DNA of 52,502 nt, filler included, from Stramenopiles sp. TOSAG23-2 (taxonomy: Eukaryota): the NCBI GenBank assembly GCA_900128395.1. It is 3 parts of 3 records of this genome, joined end to end, with 100 filler letters (N's around TTAATTAATTAA, not from the genome) between each part and the next. Parts side by side here need not be neighbours in the genome. Positions count along the whole stretch, not along the records: positions 17,550 to 34,977 come from LT649644.1; positions 35,078 to 52,502 come from LT649645.1; 1 more part is not named here. One strand, given 5' to 3'. The notes beneath the pieces were generated by a model. That model saw only the letters and a list, made by a program, of their open reading frames with translations, was not told the DNA's origin and ran no database searches. Both the position numbers and the translations under genes were made by a program. Below are positions 22,034 through 35,278 of the stretch, piece by piece. How positions within the stretch are numbered: the stretch's first letter is position 1; each line of letters starts with the position of its first letter.

Positions 22034-23834
22034 TTACTTCCTCTCTTCACCCATCATGATAAAATTTTTGTACAATTCACTATTTCTAATATCAGTTTCT
22101 TTCGATATAACTTTAATGTAATTATTTAAATCAACTGCACGACGTGTAACAAAAGCTTCACTCATATTTCTACACCATGTTTTAGGTGGTAAACTTGGAA
22201 TACCATATGAATTTTTATCAAAATGTATTATCAATTCTTTATCAAATTTGAAAAATTCACTATATCGCTTCTTTATTACTAATGGTTTTCTAGGGCTATG
22301 TTGTAAATCATAATTAGAAAGACTCTTTAATCCACGTAATTTGCTGAACACATTATCAATACATAGGATATAATTGGTATATCCTTCATCTTCATTTACA
22401 AAACCATTTATGGATACAGTTGTAATATCATCTCCTAAAGAAATTCGTTCTACACGATTTTCTACATTATTAACTGCATTTGCAAAACTAACATTTATCG
22501 ATGTAGTAGGTTTTGATTCTATTTTTTTAATAACATTTTCAACTGCATGTTCAACTGTGATATCTATTGATATTTCAGTAGCTTCTTCATCTTCTACTTC
22601 TGATATTTCACTTAATTCATCCTCTTGAATATCAGTAACATCATTTTCAATATCACTACTATCGTCATCACTACTACTTTCACTATCTCCCTCTTCGTCG
22701 TCGTCGTCTTCTTCCTCTTCCTCTTCTTCCTCATCTTCATCTTTACTTTCAATTTCATTTGCATGTTTTGTTATAATAGTGACTTCTTTTGGTTCTTCGT
22801 CTTCCTCTTCTTCAATTGAAATAGATGACATAGTCATTGTAACTGAATTTCTTGAAGCTTCTAAATTTTCCATTGCTTGACGTGCAATTTCTCTTGCTTC
22901 ATCCATTTTTACTTTTGCGCTTAAATATAGACGAACATTTTTCCTTGATTTATAACCACGGTAATAACGTATGATCGTACTGGCTGCTTTTTTCATAATT
23001 AAATATGCTATACGTTTAATTTTAGTTGATAGAAACCTTTGAATTGTAACAGCAGATTTGTATCTACGCTTTAATTCCAATAAACGTAAATATGCTAATC
23101 GTCGACGTATATTTTTTTGCAAGCAAATAGTTGCCATTATACAATGTTGAAACCTTTTCCTAATCATACAGCTTTTTGCCCAATTTTGCAATTTTTCTGC
23201 TGCATTTTTTTTCACGTTTTTCACTACAACTTTATGTTGTAAATCACCATTATCATCACGTCGAAACAATCCTAATGTAACAACGGGTGAATTGGAATAC
23301 GTACTGCTGCCACTTTCACTACGTGCGCTGCTACTGACACTACTACTACTTATACTGCTTGTTAAATCATCCGATTCCGATGCTGGTGTCATCATACTAT
23401 CATTTATACGATTGTTATTATGAAATGGTGTTACAGGCGATTGCATATTCATGTAATTGTTACTTTTATTTTGATCATGTTCGATGAAACTTTCATTATC
23501 ATCATCTTCTTCTTCACTTTCATTACTATCCATTCCATCATCATCTCCTGATGAATCTTCATCAACTTCAGAGATAGATTCTTCTAATTCTGATTTCCTT
23601 ACAACTACTACTGGAACTTGTCTTCCTTCAACTTCTTCTATATCTTCTTCGTCTTCTTCTTCTTCATTTGAAGATACATCCGAAATGGAAGAAGTAGAAT
23701 CATTGTTTTGATCTTCCTCCTCCTCCTCTTCTTCCTCATCATCGCTACTGGATAATTCATCTTGATCATTTGTATCATCTTTTAAAACAATACGTTTTAC
23801 TTGAACAACATTATTATTATCATCATCGTTGGTA

Positions 23835-23865
<31 letters not shown>

Positions 23866-24637
23866 TACTACGCTTCACAACACCACCTTTTTTACGAGGC
23901 GTACTTAATAGTGAATTTAAATTTTGTTTAAACAATTGTTTTTTATCTGCACTTATTTTTACATAGGTATCATTTTTTTTATTATCCACATTTTGTTTCT
24001 TTGATTTAAATGTTGGTAATGTTGGATTTGATATTCTCGTTTTTTTTTTCTCTGGTACTAAATTTTCAATTGCTTTAATATCATAGGATGTAGCTTTTCC
24101 ATTTCTTCTTAATAAATTTTTTTTAAATGGACTCATAGTATTATTTTTAATAGCTATGTATTTTTTCATTTTTTCTGCACTTCCTCTTTCCATAATACTG
24201 TATTTTTCAGCAATTTTTTTAGATTCTTCTTTCATTTGTTTTTCATAATAATTTGCTTGATTTTCTTCTGATTTTTGCGTATTGAAACTAAAGCTTTCAC
24301 GTCTTTTGTTCTTTCTTTTCTTTTTCTTTTTCTGTGAAGAGACTATCTTTGAAGAAGAATTGCCTAAAATATTTAAATTGTTATTCTTTTGATATTTTTT
24401 GTTCTTTGGCGTTCTTTGTTGATTTTCATTAAATCTTCCTCCATTTGATTGATAACTACTATTTTCATCACCACCAGAAGCATTTGTATTATTTCTAATT
24501 TTGATTTTTTTCGTAATATTTCGTGTTAAATATTTTCCATGAAAACGTTTGTTATTATTATTATTATTGGAATTATTAGTATTATTTTGTAAAAAATGTG
24601 GCCTTGGAAATAATGTTGATGTATTATAAACAATCAA
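22034..24637 (-). CDS. IQ-motif and C-terminal PX-domain protein with acidic/Asn-rich low-complexity regions; start uncertain (first ATG 24235)
   Basis: Four IQ-like motifs (AAEKLQNWAK, ATICLQKNIRR, SAVTIQRFL, AASTIIRYYRGY); PX motifs KKRYSEFFKFDKEL, PSLPPKTW and FVTRRAVDLNNYI. Confidence 0.85.
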
Positions 24638-24681
24638 TAAATTATAATAATAATAAAGAGAGAGAAAAAGAAGAACGGAGA

Positions 24682-26592
24682 ATGGCTACGGAAAAACAAC
24701 CACTTGAGTTAAAATCAGTTATTGGTTTTGGTGGAAAAGTACCAAATGGATTAATACAACATCCAGACGGTATTCATATGATTTATTCTTTAGGATCAAC
24801 AGTTGTTGTAAAGAATACACAAATTAACAAACAAGCATTCTTAAAAGGCCATAGCCACGAAGTATCATGCTTAACACTTTCCCACGATGGCACTAAAATT
24901 GCATCTGGTCAAGTAACACATATGGGCTTTGTTGCTGATATTATTTTATGGGACATGAACGTTGCTGCAGCTATGGCAGCTGGTGATGACGAAGGTAAAT
25001 TAGGTGACGTTTTAATTAATCGTTTAGGACGCCACAAAGTTAAAGTACAAGACCTATCGTTCTCCCCAAGTGATCGTTTACTTGCAAGTTTAGGTGGACA
25101 AGACGACAACCAATTGATGATCTGGAGCGTAGAGTCTGGACGTGCACTTTGCGGAACAGCAGCAGCAAGTGATTCAAGTTGTTGCGTCCGTTATTTCAAT
25201 AACGACGATAACAGGTTGATAACTGGAGGTAACTATAATTTAAGAGTATGGGAGTGGAGCAAAGAAACTCGTAAATTAATCCCAACCGATGTTAGATTGC
25301 AATTGCAACGTGTGTTTAAAAGTATTGCTATTACAGATGATGATTCGTTAGCATATGTTGGCACCATGACCGGTGATTTGTTGGAAATTGATTTAAGACC
25401 AAAAATACCAAAATTTAACCGTGCAAGTAAAGAACGTTTCAGTCAAGGCATTTTAAGCATTGTATTGCCAGAGAGAGGTGTTATCGTTGGATGTGGTTCA
25501 GGCACAATTGCTGCATTAGGATCAAAACGCTTAGGCACCGTTACTAAAACGCAATTGATGGGAAAAGCTACTAGCCTTGCACCAGTTTACGTCGATGGTA
25601 AATTACAAGCACTTTACTGTGGTACAGCAAAAAGCAACATTTATTATTGTCCATGGAATATGATGAAACCAGTATTGGAACCACAACTACGTGCAACATG
25701 TCACTTTTCATCCATTCAAGACGTTGTTTTCCCACGTAATTACGCTCGCGTTTTCGTTACATGCGCAAACAATGACATACGCGTATGGCATGCCGCAGAA
25801 AGTCGCGAATTGTTGCGCATCCAAGTACCAAATTTGATGTGTAACTGTGTAACTATGTCACCAGATGGTTCGTTAATTTTAAGTGGATGGAGTGATGGCA
25901 AAGTACGTGCATTTTATCCAGAAAGTGGTGCATTGAAATTTGTTATTAACGATGCTCATGCAGATGGTGTTACCGCTGTTGCATGCACTAATGACTGCAC
26001 ACGTGTTGTTACAGGAGGTGTTGATGGACGTGTACGTATGTGGGGTAGCCGTAATCAAGATATGATTGCATCATTGAAAGAACACAAAGCAACAGTAACA
26101 TCAATCGTTATCCGTGATGGTGATGAGGAATGTGTCAGTGCTAGTGATGATGGTTCATGCATGGTTTGGGATTTACGTAGATACACAAGAAATCAAGCAA
26201 TGTTTGCATCCACTTTATTCCGTGGAATTATTTACCATCCTGATGAAAGTCAAATGTTAACATGTGGAAGTGACCGTAAATTATCGTATTGGGATGCATA
26301 CGATGGCACTGCTATTCGTGTTATTGAAGGTAGTAATCAAGAAATTAATACAATTGATATTACTAAACCAGATGGTTTACATTTCGTATCTGGTGGTAAT
26401 GACAAAACAGTTCGTGTATGGGATTATGATGATGGTATCTGCCATTTCGTTGGTGAAGGTCATAGTGGTAAGATTAACAAAGTTGCAATTGCACCAGGTA
26501 ATGATACAGTTGTTTCCGTGGGTAGTGAAGGTGCAATTTTTATATGGGCGCTTGCAAAGCCGCCAGTTAATGAAGGTAAAAACGATGCATAA
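24682..26592 (+). CDS. CFAP52: Cilia- and flagella-associated protein 52 (WDR16), WD40 repeats
   Basis: LELKSVIGFGGKVPNGL, IASGQVTHMGFVADII, ELLRIQVPNL, SGWSDGKVRAFYPESG, YHPDESQMLTCGSDRK; ATG at 24682. Confidence 0.95.
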   Translation: MATEKQPLELKSVIGFGGKVPNGLIQHPDGIHMIYSLGSTVVVKNTQINKQAFLKGHSHEVSCLTLSHDGTKIASGQVTHMGFVADIILWDMNVAAAMAAGDDEGKLGDVLINRLGRHKVKVQDLSFSPSDRLLASLGGQDDNQLMIWSVESGRALCGTAAASDSSCCVRYFNNDDNRLITGGNYNLRVWEWSKETRKLIPTDVRLQLQRVFKSIAITDDDSLAYVGTMTGDLLEIDLRPKIPKFNRASKERFSQGILSIVLPERGVIVGCGSGTIAALGSKRLGTVTKTQLMGKATSLAPVYVDGKLQALYCGTAKSNIYYCPWNMMKPVLEPQLRATCHFSSIQDVVFPRNYARVFVTCANNDIRVWHAAESRELLRIQVPNLMCNCVTMSPDGSLILSGWSDGKVRAFYPESGALKFVINDAHADGVTAVACTNDCTRVVTGGVDGRVRMWGSRNQDMIASLKEHKATVTSIVIRDGDEECVSASDDGSCMVWDLRRYTRNQAMFASTLFRGIIYHPDESQMLTCGSDRKLSYWDAYDGTAIRVIEGSNQEINTIDITKPDGLHFVSGGNDKTVRVWDYDDGICHFVGEGHSGKINKVAIAPGNDTVVSVGSEGAIFIWALAKPPVNEGKNDA

Positions 26593-27155
26593 TTTATTTT
26601 ACGTACATATATATAAAAGAAGAGAAAAGACAGATAAAATAATAAAAAAAAAATAGTGAATGTATACTTTGAATATAGAAAAAAAACGGAGAAAAATAAA
26701 ACACAAGTGTTTTTTTGTGTGGTAGTGTGTATACTATCACCAAAAAAATATGAGATACACGCACAAAATATAGATATTTGATATATTTTTATTTTTAAAT
26801 ACAAGTATTTTGGTTTAAATAATATTTATATAAATACAAAAGATATAAAAACAAGTTACACATATATACATATATATAATTTAGTTTACGAGAAGTATAA
26901 TATCATAAGAGAGGAGAAATATTAAAAAATATTAAAATCAAATATTAAAGATTTTTTTGTGTTTTTATTCGCGTAAAAATTTAAAAAAATGTACGAAGCC
27001 GTATTTTATGCATACGCATATATATATATTTGAGTTATCATATTATAATATACGTCGTATGATACATACGAAGATCGTACGTTTGTAATTGTCATTAATT
27101 TCAAATACGAAGCGTGTGTTTTTAAAATTATTTTTTAACCACCCTTACAAACACT

Positions 27156-30100
27156 CTAACTCACATCTTCCATTACATCATTATTCTCCTTATTGCCACT
27201 TTTACTAGTAATAGTTCCAACACGTTGATCAAGCATAACTCTAACATCTTGCATTTGATCTTTTAATGCTCTTTTCATCGACGCTAGTGTCATCATGCGA
27301 CTACGTTCACGTTGTTCCATCAAACGCAATTGACGTTCTGCTTCTTTCAACTCCTCACTTTTCTCATTTCCTAAATTGACTTTTTGTTCAATCTCCTCAC
27401 CAAGCATTTTCTCCAAACGTTGAATGAATGCACGACTTTCCGTTATTTCATCTACTAGACGACGAAATTCTGTACGTACTCCACTACAAAAATCTTGTGT
27501 AGCACGCTTTGTAATTGCCATTATATTATCAAATCGTTTAGTCGTTGCATTTGTGTCAATCTGTGCGTTGGCATTTGCATTGCTTTGTATACGCGATCCT
27601 TGAAATTGAGAAGTTGCAAGTTTTAACTTTTCACAGACTAAATTCAACGTAACAGGTGAGTTATCATTATTTTCAGTAGGAACAAGAGCCATATTGTTAG
27701 GATCAACATTGCTATTATGATTATTGACATCATTCTCTGCCCACCATGGACGTGTATACTCTACATCACCAATTTCACTAATCACTTCACCTTCGTATTT
27801 CATTACTTCTCTTGCATTCGATTCTAACATTTCAAGCATGTTTTCAGCTATATTTTCCACATACATAGACATTCCTTCAACGGTTGAAGAATCAAATTCA
27901 GACATATCACTAAATTTTAATTCTTCACCTTTTACTGTTGTTGTTGCAAGCTCTTCTTCCCTCAATGCATATTGTGATTCTTCTCGTGGAGGAGGTTGAT
28001 TTTCTAAAATAACAGCAGATTCTTCAATGACTTCCAGCGTTTCAGTCAGTTGCAAATCATTCATGATTTGATCAAACAAATCATTCACAGATGGTATATT
28101 CATCGGCTCAATATCTTTGTAATCTTCTTCTTCAATGTTAAATAAATCATCTTCGTTTTCAATATTTGTTTTTGCCGCATCATCATCAACAATTTCATCA
28201 TCTTTAACCACATCATATTCATTATTATCTAAAGTAATATTTTCAACAACCATTTCCTCTACTACCGTCAACGTTTCTACAGTTTCTTCTACTACTGTCA
28301 ACATTTCTACAGTATCTTTTGCATCAGCACTATTTTCTATTAGATCATCCAATTCTATGTTTTCATAGACATCTGGATTTACATCTTTATCTAATGGAAT
28401 ATTATCTTCTTGAAGAATTTCGTCTAAAGAATCTCTTCTAGCGACTACGGTATTACTATCAGCAATAGAATTTTCATTTGGAGGAGGCAATACTTCAGTT
28501 GAAAGTAAAGATATTTCCTCACTCTCCTTCTCTTCTTCTTCCTTCTCAACTTCATTTTTGTATAACAAATCTTGAGGATCACTTGATTTTAACAACGTTT
28601 TCGCAGCAATTCTCGAAAGACGATTTTCTTTACAGAATTTTTTCATACTTTTCGGTATATTTCCACTCTTATTATATTTCTTTTTCCATTTTGATATGTT
28701 TTTCGTTATTTTGCTTTTCAATGCTTCCGATAATTGGAGTAACTTTTCTTTTTCAATTTCTTTTCTTGTTTTAGGACTAACTATCACTTTCTCTTTTGCA
28801 ACTGTTTTGGTTGATGAGGACAATTCCACGTTATTAGAAGATTCATCAATAGTATTATCATTTAATGAGACATTGCTTTCATCCAACGTTTCATCAATTG
28901 TTTTATCTTCAGCTTGGACTTCGTCCTCTTTTCCAGTTGCATCAATTTCTTCTTCTTCCTTTTGCACTTCTTCCACATTCGCATCATTTTCTTCTTCTTC
29001 TTCCTTTTGCACTTCTTCCACATTCGCATCATTTTCTTCTTCTTCTTCCTTTTGCACTTCTTCTTCCTCCTCGTCCCCCTCCATAACTTCGTCGAGATTT
29101 GTTGCTTTTACCACAGCAGAAGGATTAAAGACAGCTGGCGTACTTCCACCGCTACTAGTAATTCCTCTTGGTGAATTTGGCATGAATAAACCTACAGGCG
29201 TTGAACTACTTGGCGTCGGCGATTGCATAGGTGGCATATTCATCATCATCATACTACCAGAACCTGGAGGCTGGGACAACGTGATTGGTTCAACAGGTGT
29301 TTCATTTCCTTCATCTACACTATTCACAAAAGCATTGACATACCTTGAAGATAAACGCCCCCGAGCAAAGCTAGCACGAGCCGATGTTGCGGGTGGACCC
29401 ATTGGAGTCTCATTACCAGCCTCTTTGTTATCATTATTTGGAGAACTTCCTAATTCTGTATTCAACGTTCCGGTAGGAGGTGGTGCATCACTTGCAGTTT
29501 CAACAACTTTGTCTTCTTCTCCTCGTACCACCCATCGTTTTAAGTCTTTATTATAATAAAAGTCATTATCTGATCCCATTGTTGCAACTGTGCCTTCTCC
29601 TCCCAAACTTGGAACGAGCGCTTTTGCGACTGGAGTGACTATATTACGGACAAACCAATTAGGAGAGTTGACAGAATCAATTTTTTGACTTTTCTGCACA
29701 TCCTCCACAACACGAGCAGCAGCCGCACGAAGTTTTTCATCTACATTTTGTTTCTTCGAATTAGAATTATCTTTACTCTCTAATTGAACAGCACCGCTAA
29801 ATGAATTCGAGCGAGAACTTGCACGACTAGTAGCTCTACTGGATTGCGGGGAGCCTTTCGGTGTCCAATCAACTTCAAATTCAACTAAAGATTTATTCAT
29901 TGGACTCTTTCTTGATGATATTGGTTCTTTATCTGCATCAAATTCATCTTCTTCAACATGTTTATCAACTACATCGTCATAAATTTCATCTAATTGTATC
30001 TCACCATCTTTACTATCCTCAGTTTCACCGATTCCCACACTTCCTACACCACCAATTACAGTATTTAAGCTAGCATATATTTCTTCTGCATGGTGAGGGG

Positions 30101-32756
30101 ATGGTGATGGTGGTGGTGGGCGTGGCAATGGTGGAGTAACACTATGTGGTGTTTTTGATGATTCTACATTTTGCGCATTTACCACAGCGGATGTATCTAA
30201 AGAGCCAGATACATTTACATCTGCAATATCCGCATCTCCAGTTTGCAATAGTTGCACATTCTCCTGACCCATAGAACCAGAAATATCCATTCCTGAATTG
30301 TCAGGGCAAAATACATTACCATTGTCAAAGTCTTCGGAATTACTCAAATCTAATTTTTGAACGACAATACCCTTTGACGTATATACCACACTATCATTAC
30401 TATCTGTTGGGGAAACAATTTTGCTGCTATTGTAAACATCATTTATTGATGGTGGAATTATTTCAATTTTTCCAGGAATATCGTTAAAATCTTTTAAATC
30501 ATTCAAAGATATATTGGAGTCATTCATCGAATCATTGTTACGATCTTTACGAAGGGTTTCATTTTCAGCTTTTATTTTTTCTAACCGTTCCCTATATTTT
30601 TGAATAGATTTAGAATGTGACATGTTCAACCGTGAAATTCTTTGATTTAAAACCATACGCTCGCAAGTCTCTTCGGCTAATTTTTTTGCTAGATCCACTA
30701 CTTTGCTCTTCATATTTTGCGCTGCTGTCCGCACTTGAACAGGTGTAACAATGTTATTAGAATTATTTTCACCTTCCTCTCCATTTAACAACATTAACTT
30801 CCGAGGTGTTTCCTCGTTAAGGCCATCCATTTCTGTAAGTAGTGGTGGTGGCGGCAGTGGAGAGACTATTGCTGATGGTGGAGGTGGAGGAGGGTGTGAT
30901 TGAACGAAGCTTTTTTCTTCTTTCTCTTCCTCTGTAGCTGTTAATACATTTTCATATTGTTTTTGTAATTTTTCATTATCTTGTAAAGCTTCTCGAAGCG
31001 CATCTTGTAAGTCACTTTTTTTCGCTTTTTCTTGATCGATTTGTTTTGTAACTTTCAAAATTAAATCACTATATTCCTCTCTAATGGCTTGTCCTGCCAC
31101 TTTGATTTCCGTCTTCATTTTATTATCAAAATGAACCCTTTGTGCTACAATTTCTTCGTTCTTCTTTTGAATTTCTTGTTCCTTTGATTTTAACAGCTCA
31201 TGCAACTGACCTGTTTTCATAACCAAGTCGCTAATCATTTGATTTAACTTTTCCTTTTCTTTAAACATAATTTCGCTTAATTCAGTTTCCCTTTTTTCAA
31301 ACTTTTCTTGAACTTTGTTCAGTTGGGCTTCCAACACTTTGGCCTGTCGAGCATGATCTTTTGATTCAATTTTTACATCCTCCATCTCATCTGTTGATAA
31401 AGCTTTTAATTGGTCTATTTCTAGCGCAAATTTCACTTTTGTATTGTCGATTTCACTGTCTTTCTTTCTTAAGCTCTCTTGTAGGTCAAGCATGGTTTGT
31501 ACTAAATTATCCTTTTCTTTACTAATATTCAAATATGCTTGGTTTTTACCTTTTAAGCTTTCTTCCAAGTCGAACGTTCGCGTTTTGAAATGACTGATTT
31601 CTTCCATTGTACGATTGATTTCCGTATCTTTAGTATGTATAATGGCATTTAAATCTCTTATTTTGTTCATTTCCATAGATAACGTTTGCTGCTTGTCTTC
31701 TATTGCACTGTTCAATTGGTTTCCAGCAGCTTCTAATTGCACTTGTAATTCTTGTACACGATTATAATAAGTATTTCGTTCCACTTCGACTTGAGAGTAT
31801 TGTTGTGAACCACGATTAAGTGTAGCCGTTAGTTCTTCCAATCTACGTTCTAAAGATTCAATTGTTTGCTTTTGATTGTTTGTTAAATTATTCAATTCGT
31901 TTAAAGACGTTTTAGCATTATTAGATTCTGCTGTTAATACCTGCAAACGCTCTTTTTGTGCTTCATTGGTTCTTTGAAGTTCTTCTCTTTCTACATTGAA
32001 ATTTCGTTGATTGTTTTCATGCAATTCTTGAAGTTGTTGAGATCTTGATGCAAAATTATTTCGTTCCTGTTGCAACATATAATTTAATTCTTGATTTTGC
32101 TTTTCCAAACCGGTTACTTTACTTTCAAATTGTTGATGTTGTCCTGTATGATTATGTAATTGTAAGTTAAAATTTTTGCGTTCCTCCTCAATAAATGCTT
32201 TTAAATCTTGATTTTCTTTCTGCAAATGCTCTATTTTACCCTGGAATTCTGCTTGCGATTTTGCCCCTTGTTCTTCAATAATTTTTGAAAATTTATTTCG
32301 TTCTTGTTGAAGGCTTCCATTTAGTTCATGATTTTGTTTTTGTAGTTTTTCAATTTCTTGTAACATTGCGTTTTTTCCCATTTCCAATGATTGAATTTCC
32401 CCAGTCTTTGTCTCCAATTGATTCTTGAGTTGAGTCATGGAAGAATTCGAATTCTGTTGTGACTCACGAATTTGATTTGTTTCGTCTTGATGTTGTTGTT
32501 GTAATTGAGCTACATATGCTTGCCATTGTTCACCTTGCTCATTCATAGCATGTTGCATTTGTTGTATTGCATTAGATTGTTCAGCATTAGATGCTGTTAG
32601 TTCTTGTTCATGCTGTTTGTAACTTTCATTACCTTGTTGCAAAGATTTAATTTCTTCATTTAAACGCAATAATTTATCATTCATTTCTTTTTCAAAAGCT
32701 TCCATTTTTGCTCGTTCTATCGATATTACCTTTTGAATTTCTTCTTGTTGTTGTTG

Positions 32757-32789
<33 letters not shown>

Positions 32790-33141
32790 TTGTATTGCAG
32801 TTGATTCTTGTAATTTGATGGAATATAGGTCAATTTCCTTCTTTAAACGTTGTAGCTCTGTATTCTTTTCTTCATTTTCTACCTTTGTAGAAGCTAACTG
32901 CTTTCGCGTTTTTGATGCAGCTGTTGTTAATTCAGCATTTCTAGATTCCATAGCTAAAAGATCATTTGCATATTTTTGATTTTCTTCTTCTAATTGACGT
33001 TTTATATTCGACAGTTCCGTATAATTAGCTTCGCTCGTTTGTTTTTCATTTTGTAATATTTGTTTTTGATGATCGCATTCTACTTGTAATTTAGACAATT
33101 CTGCTCTTAATTTTTGCACTTCTTCTTCCTGTTGAAGAGAC

Positions 33142-33175
<34 letters not shown>

Positions 33176-34652
33176 TGGACGATGCTTGTTGATTATTGAT
33201 GTTGGATGAAGGAGCAACCGAATCAAACAATGATGAGACACCTTGTTGAATATTTGTTGGTGCTGAATCAAAAAATGAAAATGCATTTTGCTCTTGCTTC
33301 GATTGTTGAGTTACTACTTGTTGCGTGCCTTGTAATTTTTGTTGTTCTAACTGCTCTTCTACTTTTAAAAGCTGCTCACTTAAATCATTACGTTCACGAC
33401 TCAATTTACCATTTTCATCAACCATTTCCAAGAAATCTGATTCCATTGCACTATATGCATTACTTGCCTCAACTTGTTGTTCTTCATTTGCCTTTTGCAA
33501 TTCTTGGATTTGTTTGTTACTACTGGCAACCTCATTTTTTAACTTTAATTCAGTATCCATCAGTACACTTATTTGCTGTTCCATATCTTGGATTTGCTTA
33601 ACAAAGACTTCGTTGTTGTTGTTGTTATTATTATTATTACCACTGCTGTTATTATTTTTATTTTGATTAATAGTAGTTTCTAATGCAATAATTTTATTAT
33701 TTAATGACGATTTTTCATTTTCCATTAGAGTTATTTTATTTTGAAACTCATTTTCTTGATTTTGTAAACGAGACACTTCATTTTGTACTTCTGTAATACG
33801 AGCATTAAATTGTTCACGTTCTGCTTGTAACGTATGATACTGTTGCGTTGCTTGTTCTTGTAAAGTATTATATGCTGTATTTCCAGCTTGTATATTATTA
33901 TTTGCAGTTGTTAATTCTTTTTCCATTGCTTGAAATTTTAATTTTTCATTTTCTAAATTATTATTAGACTCATTTAAATAGTTTTTCAATTGAAGCATCT
34001 CATCTTCTATCTTCTTTCTACTTGAAGTGGCTTCTAAAAGTTGATCTTGCAATTTTTTATTGTCTTCAATTAAATTATTATTAGTCTTAGTAATTTCACT
34101 ATTATTGTTATCAACGTTGTTTTTTAATTGAATAATTTCTTCCTGCATTTTCTTGTTATTTGTTGCAGCTTCCATAAGTTGTTCTTGTAAATTTGTATTA
34201 TCCAAATTTAATTTATCATTGTTATTCTGATGATCAACGTTCATCGTTTCAATATTGTTTTTTAATTGAATTATTTCATTTTGCATTTTTTTATTATTGG
34301 ATGAAGCTTCCATAAGTTGATCTTGTAATTTTTTATTATCTCGTTGTAATATAAAACTTTTATCATCATTATTAACGTTGATATTATTATTAGTTGTTTC
34401 TTCGTTTCCGGAATTATTGTTATTTTGAGATTGTTGTTGTCTTATTAAGCGTTCTTTATCCGCTTTTAACGTTTCAATCTCTATATTTCGAACATGCACT
34501 AAATTTCTAGAATCTTCTTCAGCTAGTTTCAATCCTGTAATAGTTGCATGCAATTGTGCATTTGTTACTTTTAATATATTGACACGGTCAGCATGTTTTT
34601 TTTTAATACTTTCCAAATGTTTATTTAATGTTTGTAAATCAATACTTGCCAT
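27156..34652 (-). CDS. 2498-aa coiled-coil protein with a Sec16 C-terminal-like motif
   Basis: Long Q/E/K/N-rich heptad region (about aa 1-1370), Pro-rich segments, ATMGSDNDFYYNKDLKRWV...RGRLSSRYVNAF, acidic region, short C-terminal coiled coil; uninterrupted ORF. Confidence 0.85.
28939..29063 (-). repeat. Coding 45-bp tandem repeat (EEVQKEEEEENDANV), about 2.7 copies
   Basis: TTTTGCAC recurs at 28960, 29005 and 29050. Confidence 0.9.
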
Positions 34653-34977
34653 ATTTGTTGAGATTTGTGTTTAAAATATTAAAACACAACTATGTATATA
34701 GAGTATATATATATTAAATATATGTTGCGAATGGTTAAAAGTCGTTGTAACCGTGAAGCTTATACCAATTCTTAGATAATATTTCTTGCTTTCTTTTACA
34801 ATATATACTACAGTATGTATGTATATCTCTCTTTCCATCCCATAAATTAATAAAATTAAAATATATAAGTTTAATATTGTGATATGGTGGTTTGTTGTTT
34901 TATTGGTTGTGTAGTCCTTATTGTAAATGAGAAGGATTATTAGTGGATTTCAAAACCGGGGTTAATTTAAGTACTAA

Positions 34978-35077
34978 NNNNNNNNNNNNNNNNNNNNNNN
35001 NNNNNNNNNNNNNNNNNNNNNTTAATTAATTAANNNNNNNNNNNNNNNNNNNNNNNNNNNNNNNNNNNNNNNNNNNN
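34978..35077. other. Artificial contig linker
   Basis: 44 N + TTAATTAATTAA + 44 N. Confidence 0.99.
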
Positions 35078-35278
35078 AACCAGTGCTGTAGCTATAGTAG
35101 GCGCATCACTTTTATGGATAATGGACCCGTTAGGCCTTAATAATAAAACCTGTGGAGAAACCACCACAAACTTATTAATTATTAATCAAAATTAAAATTT
35201 GATGAAGACAGATGGATGGAATACATATCCATTTCCATAATAATAACACCATTACGCGAAAATTTATTCATTATCATT

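Noticed and set aside
28696-29556. 286-aa plus-strand Ser-rich ORF and similar antisense ORFs (4909-5463, 36685-37209, 14587-15108)
   Set aside because: Antisense shadows of real genes produced by codon bias and low complexity.
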